Part shown: piece after piece, positions 9,737 to 18,394 of the stretch
Layout: every line of letters begins with the position of its first letter
How positions within the stretch are numbered: the stretch's first letter is position 1
DNA from: Octopus sinensis
Taxonomy: Eukaryota
Assembly (NCBI RefSeq): GCF_006345805.1
Contig: NW_021824517.1
Location: forward strand, 1-18,394
DNA length: 18,394 nt
Direction: 5' to 3'
Notes under the pieces: generated by a model
What the model was told of the DNA's origin: nothing
Seen by the model: the letters and a program-made list of their open reading frames with translations, nothing else
The model's database searches: none
Translations under genes and position numbers: made by a program

Positions 9737-9965
9737 ATTTCTTTATTACCCACAAGGGTAAACACAGAGGGGACAAACAAGGACAGACATAGGTATTAAG
9801 TCGATTACATCGACCCCAGTGCGTAACTGCTACTTAATTTATCGACTCCGAAAGGATGAAAGGCAAAGTCGACCTCGGCGGAATTTGAACTCACAATGTA
9901 ACGCAGACGAAATACCGTTAAGCATTTCGCCCGGCGTGCTAACCATTCTGCCAGCTCGCCGCCTT
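9737..9965 (-). mobile_element. Family A tRNA-derived SINE, near full length, with 11-bp target site duplication
   Basis: The minus strand starts AAGGCGGCGAGCTGGCAGAATGG and has B box GAGTTCAAATTCC. CGCCTTACAAC is repeated at 9724-9734 and 9960-9970. Confidence 0.9.
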
Positions 9966-10719
9966 ACAACCGTTTACGATTCGTTTATGTCCCTGCAATT
10001 TAGCAATTCGGCAAAAAAAAAAAAAGATTATAGAATAAGTACCAGGCTTTAAAAATATATAACTGGAGTCGATTCATTCGATTCAAATTCTTCAGCATGG
10101 CTGCAGTCTAATGACTGAAACAAGTCGAGTAAAATGTCAGAAGATATCATATCCACTTCACACTCGATCGTCTGGAAAACGAGGGAGGAGATATTAGAAC
10201 AGAGATACCAGACGAGTAAATTAGCTTTTAGAGAATAGATATGTTATTTCTAAACTTAAAAACTTTTTAATTATAATTTTAAAAAGAAGACTGAAGTTAA
10301 GACGGAATTTTAAAATAAGCCCATTTGTGAAAAAATAATAGATGTTTAAGATTATCTCTTTTGATTGAATAACCAGTATTGTATTCTTAATTACTGACTT
10401 AGTAATGGAAAATCTAATTCAGAAAAAACTTCGTTTGGTTCTAGTATCTGTTTATCATTAGTTTATAAATAAGTTATATAAGATTGTTAGGTGGATACTT
10501 TTATAGTTATTGCTATTTGAACTGTAAAAAAAAAGCAGTATTTTAATTTTCCTTTTTGTCTTGTGTTTTTATGGTGGAAATGTAAAATCAAATCTCACTG
10601 AATTGAACAGAGGTGAAGGGGTTAAATTTACTTTCAGATTGTTGCGAGGCAGTAAAAAGAATGAAAATGGTTAGACATTTTACTAACAACAAAAGCAACC
10701 ACAATAATATTATTAATAG

Positions 10720-10929
10720 TTTCAAGTGTTGGCACAAGACCAGTAAGATCGGGGAAGGGTGTAAGTCCATTATTTCGGTTCTTGTGTCACTGGTATTTAT
10801 TTTATTGACTTCAAAAGGATGAGAGACAAAGCCAAGCTCGGCGGAATTAGATCTCAGTACATAAAGACGGGCCAAATGCCGCTAAACATTTTGCTTGGCG
10901 TGCTAACGATCCTGCCAGCTCACCGCCTT
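10720..10929 (-). mobile_element. Family A SINE
   Basis: Colinear with the 9737-9965 copy; the head reads AAGGCGGTGAGCTGGCAGG on the minus strand. Confidence 0.85.
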
Positions 10930-10958
10930 AAATAACAACAACAATATTAATTGATAAT

Positions 10959-11169
10959 AAGGCAGCGAGCTGGCAGGTCGCTAGCAAGACGGGCAAAATG
11001 CTTCGCAGTATTTCGTCCGTCTTTACGTTCTGTGTTCAAATCCCAGCGGGGACAGCTTTGCCATTTATCGTTTCAGGATTGATAAAATAGATACCAGTTG
11101 AGTACTCGGGTCGATGTAATCGTCTAACTTCCTACCACGAAATTGCTGGCTTTGCGTCACAATTTTAAA
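10959..11169 (+). mobile_element. Family A SINE
   Basis: Head AAGGCAGCGAGCTGGCAGG, B box GTGTTCAAATCC, body GGGTCGATGTAATCG. Confidence 0.85.
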
Positions 11170-11286
11170 CCAACGTTAATTGATGGTATACTTAAATACG
11201 AGCCACAATTTTTTTTTTATTCAGTAAGCCTATGACACCTAGAAAATAGTTGTAGCTCACCTTCACTAATAAAATAGCTACAAAAA

Positions 11287-11289
<3 letters not shown>

Positions 11290-11378
<89 letters not shown>
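11290..11378. repeat. (TA)n microsatellite
   Basis: Directly visible. Confidence 0.95.
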
Positions 11379-11700
11379 ACTTTGCTTTTCATAGAACTCT
11401 CTTCGATACTTCATGAGTGTAGCCTCACCCCCTAGGATATTTGGAAAACTCATATGTGTTTTGGCTGATGAATACGGGACACTTGTATTTGCTGCAATAT
11501 TTGCAGCTTTTAATAAAGTTGTTCTTCGTATGAAACAATTGTACTGAACAACTAATCCATTCTTCTTGTTGCTTTTTCTTGTTTATAATCACCCCACATT
11601 ATTTTATGGTTAATACCATAAAGATTTCTGGTGCATCTAAGTTAAGTACCACATTCATGTGAATTCATTGGAACTCACTTGAATCTTAAATTTTTTACTG

Positions 11701-11837
<137 letters not shown>

Positions 11838-11885
11838 AGATAACTTTAATATATGTATGTAAAAAGAAGCAGAAGAATGAACCAA

Positions 11886-12025
11886 TGAACTCAGTACTTA
11901 AGTACTTTATTTATCGACCTCAAAAGAGTGAAAGGCTTAATTTGACCTCAGGCGAGTTTGAACTCGGAATGCAATCTGTCGGAACTAATAATGAAAAGCA
12001 TTCTGCCTCACGCTCTAACAACCAC
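11886..12025 (-). mobile_element. Degraded family A SINE
   Basis: TTTATCGACC, TGAAAGGC, TTGACCTC and TTTGAACTC occur in the same order as in the 9737 copy. Confidence 0.65.
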
Positions 12026-12837
12026 TTTAACCAATCAACTTCTGTCTGTCTGTGTGTGCGTGGGCGTGTGTACGCATGTGCGTGAGCGCGCCCAGTATGT
12101 ATGTGCTTGCGTGTGTGTGTGTATAACACTTCTAAAACATTTATTTACCAGAACGTCGGAAGAATACGCATTATGCGGAATATATATTAACATATGTAGT
12201 GGAGGTTGGAGATGGGGGGGGGGGTAAAGTGTATGGAATCATATACATTGTCTTGGAGATAATAGCCGAAGTTGACACTAATCATTCTGATATTACTGCA
12301 TAGAAAGATTAAACTTTTTATATATTTCGCTCGAGCGCTGATCAATAATAGATCAAAACAAAAGCCGGTTTCGACTTTTGTCGACGAGATAACTCCATTT
12401 GGTTCCAAGCTACGTCTGACAAAAGGAAATGATGTAAGTATGTGAAACTTTTCAGCAGTTTGATGCGAAGACTCAATCTCGACTAGCATTCAACCTTATC
12501 TGCGCAAAGAAAATTGTATTAAAACTTTACTAAAGTTTTTCTCGCAAGATAATGATAATACATTGGCGCGGCGGCGGCGATGGATGGATGGCGGTGGGGG
12601 AGGCTGTTGAATGAACTAACTTACACTTTATATTGTATTATACTACCATATTTCCACGAAGAATATCATATCGAAAACTGTAATGAAATGGTATGGAATG
12701 GAGTGGAATGGATGCTCTAATATATTGTAACCATTATCTGCAGTTGAAAATATCTACATCAATTTTGCCTCCGCCTACATTTTATGAAAGAAAGAAGAAA
12801 AAAGAAGCAACGCTTTTAATATTGTTCAGTCTCTAGT

Positions 12838-12934
12838 CATCGTCGTCGACGCCGCCGCCACCGCGGTGGTAGTGGTGGTGGTGGTGGTGGTGGTGGTGGT
12901 GTGGTGGTGGTCGTCGTCGTCGTCGTCGTCGTTC

Positions 12935-12973
<39 letters not shown>

Positions 12974-13160
12974 AAGTAGTAGTAGTAGTAGTAGTAAAGT
13001 AGTAGTAGTAGTAAAGTAGTAGTAGTAGTAAAGTAGTAGTAGTAGTAGTAGTAGTAGTGTGACGGTGATGGCGGCTGTGGAAGTGCTGCTGGGGGTGGGG
13101 GCCGGGGTGCTGCTGCTGCTGCTGCTGCTGTTGGTCATGGTGGCATTGATGATGTTCGTA
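12838..13160. repeat. Compound trinucleotide low-complexity block (GTC/GCC/GGT/GTA/CTG)
   Basis: Directly visible. Confidence 0.9.
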
Positions 13161-13175
13161 GTGCAAGGTGGTTGT

Positions 13176-13335
13176 TCTGCCAAATCGGTAGAGCATTGGT
13201 CAAAAAAATATCTCATCCGATATTCAGTCACGACTGTTTACCTTCTGAGTTCAAATCCCATCGAAGTAAAGTTTGCTTTTCATCAACCTGGGATTAACAA
13301 CATAATCGCCAGTTACGTACGTACTGGAGTCAATG
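13176..13335 (+). mobile_element. Degraded family A-like SINE
   Basis: TTCTGAGTTCAAATCC (B box) followed by TTTGCTTTTCATC and GTACTGGAGTCAATG. Confidence 0.6.
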
Positions 13336-14424
13336 TTCTGAATCAAGATTACACATGAGTTATCGGCCCATTCTTCCCACGAGGAAAACTAGGACATACG
13401 TCCATTCGACCCCGGGTTTTAGACACTCACCTTTCTTTCTGGTCTACAGAAGATATTCAACTTCATCGCAATTGTAACTCTAAGCTGAATTCTGACTCCC
13501 GCTCAAACTCTTTACTCTGAATCTAATCGTTCATTCCAAGCTTTCACCGTAGCATCTAACTTCCATTTCTAATTTAAACCCCTAAGCCTTAACCCTAACC
13601 TTAGCTGTATCCCCATAGTCCTTACTCCCTACGTTAACCCCGAAAAGTAGAGGATTACTATTCAAGTTTACACTACAGCTACTGTTTCCAGCAATGATCA
13701 TTACAAATTCTAGGTATCTATCGAGCAGATACCTAGCATTACAAATTCTAGGTGTCTACTCGGTGGACTGTGACGCTGAGAACTAAAACTCTTAGCGTCT
13801 GTTGCTTTAATGGAGTCCACTTTGTTGTAAGTATTTAGATGTGGTATTCGGTTCCCTCTCCGTCAGTGATTTTTCCTGAAATTGCTATACTACATTTGTT
13901 CAAGCTCATCATTCTGAGTGGTTCATGAAAAGTGATGGTTTGTTATCACTCCTCCTTCAGTACCTTATAAGAAAATTTAAGAAACAAAAAAAGCTATACG
14001 TAAAACCTAAAATGGATTTCGAGCCACCAACGTATCGGTTTGTTATTGTTTACTTTCCTCTTTGCAATATTCAACAATTCATTCTGTCTCACTAAATGCA
14101 GTAATGCGTTAAATGCCACACTTTTCATTTTCTGCCAATCTACCAGTATTAGTAAAACCGATGTTCTGCATCATTTCATTCCTCTGTCGATGTTATTTCC
14201 AGCAGCAATCTTCAACGGAGAAGAAATAAGATGAAAGATTTCGGGGGAAGAAACTTGAAGAATTGCTCGATATTTTCCGAGCAACGAAGCAAAATGATAT
14301 ATATTCAACAGACATGATATCTTACTTGTCTACAATACATATTAAAAGTTCCAAAAGATCCAGACATTTTAATAATAATTCCACCAGAGTTAAATGTTAT
14401 GAACGGTCAGAGCGCACTTTTTCT

Positions 14425-14573
14425 GCTTTTATTTGTTGCAGTCATTGGACTGTGGCCATGCTGGGGCAACGCCTACAACTGTTTCAGTCTAACAAACCGA
14501 CGTGGTGCATTATCTTTAAATCTGATACATTTTTATATTTCTTTTGCCAAAACACTAAATTACGGAGACGTAA
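14425..14573 (-). mobile_element. Degraded family B SINE 3' half
   Basis: CAGTCATTGGACTGTGGCCATGCTGGGGCA is the reverse complement of the 10094-10120 tail; TTTTGCC..CTAAATTACGGAGACGTAA parallels 9643-9677. Confidence 0.65.
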
Positions 14574-14627
14574 TCTATGTAAAACAGTGAAAGGGAAGAA
14601 GCCCAGACAGAAAAAGCCCACCCAACA

Positions 14628-14785
14628 TATATATATATATTATATATATATATATATATACAACATATATATACAGGCGTCAAAACCATAATGATATCCG
14701 TGGGGCAGCTGATGATGGAGGTATGTTGGATTGTTGGTGTCGCTGTGGAATAGTATTATGACACATCCTTTTGATACATACATAT

Positions 14786-14819
<34 letters not shown>

Positions 14820-14834
14820 ATATATATCTATATA

Positions 14835-14906
<72 letters not shown>

Positions 14907-14992
14907 TATATATATCTACATACATACATATACACATATGTATATACATATATACATACATACATATATATATTATTTACATTTATTAACAT

Positions 14993-15048
<56 letters not shown>
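14628..15048. repeat. (TA)n blocks and an (AAT)n run around a short unique spacer
   Basis: Directly visible. Confidence 0.9.
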
Positions 15049-15050
<2 letters not shown>

Positions 15051-15200
15051 TCGAAAAATATCTTAGGAATGAGAACACCTGATGAAGGCTAGAGGGTATA
15101 TCAGCCGAAACGTTGTGTTACCAACAAACAAGATGAGGACAATTATCCGTCGAATATAAATAATGTACATAATTCCTCATCTCTTAAATATAGAACTGTA
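15046..15200 (+). mobile_element. Penelope-like terminal repeat (pLTR) remnant
   Basis: Carries a minimal hammerhead motif, a known feature of PLE pLTRs, plus a downstream hairpin. It starts immediately after the (AAT)n run. Confidence 0.55.
15074..15119 (+). ncRNA. Minimal type I hammerhead ribozyme motif
   Basis: AACAC-CUGAUGA-A-GGCU(AGAGGGUAUAUC)AGCC-GAAA-CGU-U-GUGUU. Stem I is 5 bp, stem II is GGCU/AGCC, and stem III is the palindrome ACGU. Confidence 0.7.
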
Positions 15201-15239
15201 ACACATGTACATTTATATGTATGTATGTGCGTATACGAA

Positions 15240-15392
15240 GGTCTTCCACATCTGCCTGATTCACTCACAAAGCACCGGTCGACCCGAGGCTTTAGTAGGA
15301 GACACTTACCTACGGTGCCTGCGATGTGAGATTGAACTCAATACGACGTGGTTGCAAAGCGACCTTCTAAAACATACAGCTCTGCCTGCGCC
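15240..15392 (-). mobile_element. Family B SINE 5' half, degraded
   Basis: The minus strand reads GGCGCAGGCAGAGCTGTATG...GAGTTCAATCTC...GGCACCGTAGGTAAGTGTCTCCTACTAAAGCCTCGGG, colinear with 9303-9450. Confidence 0.7.
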
Positions 15393-15558
15393 CCTTTGGC
15401 TTTGCTTAACGCAAATCAAGTTTGCAGAGGAGAAAGAAGGAGGTGCAGAGGTTTCGATTCTGAATCGTGTGTCTATGTGGATACGAAGTTCTCTTAGTAG
15501 CAACGTGGTTTCACATTCTCTTGGATTTCCTAAACGTCTTGTATTCTTGTTCCTTTCA

Positions 15559-15666
15559 AGCTCTGGTTTCGATGTCATAGATATAGGCCTCCGATTCTTT
15601 ACGTGTTATGACCCTTTTGAAAAGGTTTTGGCCTTCCTCGACACAATCAAGGAGATCCTGCGCAAC
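15559..15666 (-). mobile_element. Mariner transposase relic (start of the catalytic domain)
   Basis: The minus strand reads VAQDLLDCVEEGQNLFKRVITRKESEAYIYDIETRA, resembling mariner IAQELL......FL.RvITGDEsWvYgYD.ETK. The first catalytic Asp is lost. Confidence 0.55.
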
Positions 15667-16104
15667 TGAAACCCCATTTTTTTTTTAATGACCACACTCT
15701 ACATACTTTATATCTAAGTACTACTATAAACAACAGGCGTGAGCGAGAATGTTTGTACTTAGTTCAAACACAGCTCAAGATCAATCTGTACCAAGCGATG
15801 CGCTCTGCGTACTTTAGCTCCGTTTCAAGCCTGATATTTTTCTGATCAGACCTCATATACATGATTTAGTATTTATACATAAATAATTAGTCCAACTTTA
15901 TTACTAGTGATATACTACATCATTTGAAGTTTTCTTTCGTTTTGCTGTTCCTTTCATTTGTATATTTAGTTATAAATGTTGAGCGTCCCCTTTATTCGTC
16001 TTGGAAATTAGGCTAAAGTTGCCAGCGTGGGTGAAATAGTCAGCCACTTATACAAAGTATCGTACTTATTCCGCTTGAAATTACGTCATATTTTGTTTAC
16101 CTAA

Positions 16105-16302
16105 TATCCTTTCTACTATAGGCACACGGCCTTAAATTCTGTTAGTTGATTAGATCGAGCCCAGTGTTCAACTGGTCTTATTTCATCGACGCCGGAAGGT
16201 TGAAAGGCAAAGTAAACCGTGGCGGAATTAGAACTCAGAACGTAACGGTGGGCGAAATGTTGCTAAGCATTTTGTCCGGCGTGCTAGTAATTCTACCAGC
16301 TC
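16105..16302 (-). mobile_element. Family A SINE
   Basis: TTCATCGAC..GAAAGGCAAAGT..GGCGGAATT.GAACTCAGAACGTAAC..CATTTTGTCCGGCGTGCTA..CCAGCTC, colinear with the 9737 copy. Confidence 0.85.
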
Positions 16303-16599
16303 AAATTCTTATATTGTTCACCTAACATAAAAAGAATTTTGGGCAAGTTTTTGAACAAAGTCATATGCGTATAATTAATGGACTTAAATTCAGCGATGTT
16401 GTGTAAGTGTACGCTTAATAAGCATATGTTAGTAGATTTATTTGCTAATTTATCGACAGACACGATGTGCCAGTACGTTGGTTGTAATATAAAAGTGGAA
16501 AACACTTTTTCTTATAGTAAACAAAATGTCATGTAACTTGCATCTTCTACAAACAAAACAGAATTTGCTAAGCGAGATTTTGGTAACGGCTTCGACGCT

Positions 16600-16746
16600 G
16601 TAAATGTATGGATATACATGCGTGTGGGGGTTTGTGTGTGTGTGTGTGTGTATACAGATGGATGTATGGATGTATGTAATATTTATATACATATATATAC
16701 ATACATTCATACATATACACATGCATCTATGTATATATGTATATAT

Positions 16747-16824
<78 letters not shown>

Positions 16825-17050
16825 GTACATATACAAGTATATCACGCTACAATCTTCTAAATATATGTGTGTATATATGTATGCATGCATGTACTTAATA
16901 TCTACGTATGTCTATATATATATATGTATGTCTGTATATATGTATGTATGCATGTATGTATGTATGTTATGTATGTATGTATGTATGTATGTATGGTGTG
17001 TGTGTCTATGTATGTATATATGTATGTATGCGTGTCTATGTACATACATG
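16600..17050. repeat. (TG)n/(TA)n/(TATG)n compound microsatellite
   Basis: Directly visible. Confidence 0.95.
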
Positions 17051-17644
17051 GTGGCGATTACAATACACACATGAAGCAGAAGGTATGACAATTCATGCTA
17101 TAAAAGGCATTTAAATCACGGAGAGTAATCCACAAGCAATGATGTCAGAGTTATCAGACAGAATGTCTCCAATCTGCTATTTTCATTGTGATATTACGTC
17201 ACTGCCTATTACTTAGAAATATTTAGAATAAAATAAATCTCTTAAAAGTCCACCAAAGAATATAACACACACACACACACGTATATATATATATATTTGA
17301 ACGTCATATATGAAGAATGATGTCACTATTTTAGCACACAAGATAAAGTGTGAGTCACAGATAGTTGTTAGTTAATGGAAATCATTGTTGTTGATGTCGT
17401 TATTGTTGTCTGCTGTTATCGTTGTCTGTCTTGGGGCAAACTTGATCCACATGAACCTTTTATCAAAACTATTCTAGTCCGGACCGTTCCATCTGATTTC
17501 GTATGTATGGATGTATATATTTGTATAAACATATATGTCTAAACATATAACGCATGCACTACGTACACACAAACACCCACATATGCACATTTATACAAGC
17601 ATGCATGCATGCGTGCATACATACGTACATGCATATATGCATCT

Positions 17645-18225
17645 TCTTAGCTGCTTTCTCGTATACGAGCTAAGCCATTGCAGCAAAGAATCACTGAAAT
17701 GAGTCATTTGTGATGCAGCGTGAGGTCGTTGTATGACTCTTGAGCTCGGTGAAAGATTTGCACATTCTGTTGCATAATGCGCGGCTGTCCTGGCTGGCAG
17801 AAGAAACCAGGTGCCACAGTATTAACACTTTCACATGCCTTTTCAATCTTCCAACTGAGAGGCGCACCTTTCCACGGGTTGCTCGTATTCTGTTGTGAAC
17901 AATAGCCATGTCACAATTTACCATAGGTCGATTCCTAAGAGTTCTCTGATGGCTGACGAGGTCCGCACGACTCAAGCACATCGTCCCACAAACCACACAC
18001 ATAAAAAAAAAACACTCCCCCATTTTTCAAAGGTTCATTCCTTCCAAGCCTTCTCTTAATCTTTTCGAGCTTCATTTTCATTCTTCGTCAAAGGAAGGAT
18101 ATTCTAGTGTGGCATTCATCCATTTCCCTTGGTTTTGGCAAAGGAATAAGCGATTCCAACAATGAAACTGGTGGCAAATTAATTCGGCTATAATCGATAG
18201 GTATTCCTCTAAAAAATTTATACAA
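17645..18225 (-). mobile_element. RTE-type LINE 3' relic with three decayed C2H2-like fingers
   Basis: Minus-strand segments are CVVCGTMCLSRADLVSHQRT, TRGKVRLSVGRLKRHVKV and LCNRMCKSFTELKSH. Upstream frameshifted (W)ESL...KW...SFDEE resembles the RTE C-terminal region; this upstream extension is less certain. Confidence 0.6.
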
Positions 18226-18394
18226 ATAGTGTATGTGTGTGTGTGTGAGAGAGAGAATGTTGCAGTTGGACGGAACCGAATCAAACAGTTTTAAACAATA
18301 CAGGTTCAATCCTACTAAACATATTGAGTGCACTTATCTTTCGTTTGTCCATTCACTCGTATCTCTCTCTGTCCCTATCTCTCTCTCTCTCTCT

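Larger units (their letters stand above)
9303..10125 (+). mobile_element. Family B CORE-type SINE, interrupted by two nested insertions
   Basis: A box TGGTTGTATGG (9310-9320), B box GGTTCAGTCCC (9353-9363), CORE-like CACCTTGGACAAGTGTC (9373-9389) and an internal (TATG)n. The 3' half resumes at about 9700-9734 and 9971-10125, ending CAGCATGGCTGCAGTCTAATGACTGAAACAAGT. Joining the parts relies partly on my recollection of the consensus. Confidence 0.75.

Noticed and set aside
11465-11471. CTGATGA followed by a short AATAC/GTATT stem
   Set aside because: The stem is followed by TGC rather than GAAA.
12362-12390. Minus-strand GAC-AAAA-GTC-GAAA-CCGG, resembling a hammerhead 3' half
   Set aside because: No CUGANGA and no NUH triplet with a stem I.
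13091-13107. G-rich run as a possible G-quadruplex
   Set aside because: Only three G-tracts, embedded in low-complexity sequence.
13576-13604. Degenerate CCCTAA telomere-like units
   Set aside because: Only about four imperfect units, too short to call an interstitial telomere.
14709-14715. CTGATGA heptamer
   Set aside because: No stem II, GAAA or stem I partner.
17953-17959. CTGACGA followed by a GTC/GAC stem
   Set aside because: No GAAA, and it lies antisense within the LINE zinc-finger coding relic.

Overview
Animal non-coding DNA, AT-rich and dense in microsatellites and transposon relics. The repeat families resemble those I recall from Octopus genomes; that assignment is inferred, not verified. 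No intact protein-coding gene is recognisable, and nearly all long ORFs in the track are read-throughs of simple repeats. The window holds about a dozen tRNA-derived SINE copies from three families, a Penelope-like GIY-YIG relic, an R4/Dong-type LINE relic, two RTE-type LINE 3' relics, a mariner relic and a MITE-like palindrome. The most interesting signal is RNA structure not shown in the ORF track. There are two complete-looking minimal type I hammerhead ribozyme folds (1284-1355 on -, 15074-15119 on +), each with a self-complementary stem III implying dimeric folding, and a decayed third half-motif whose predicted cleavage site lies 177 nt from the first. There are also several long fold-back structures: a 60-bp-arm hairpin, a head-to-head SINE pair and inverted arms in a nested SINE. 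All alignments and translations were done by eye; repeat boundaries are approximate.
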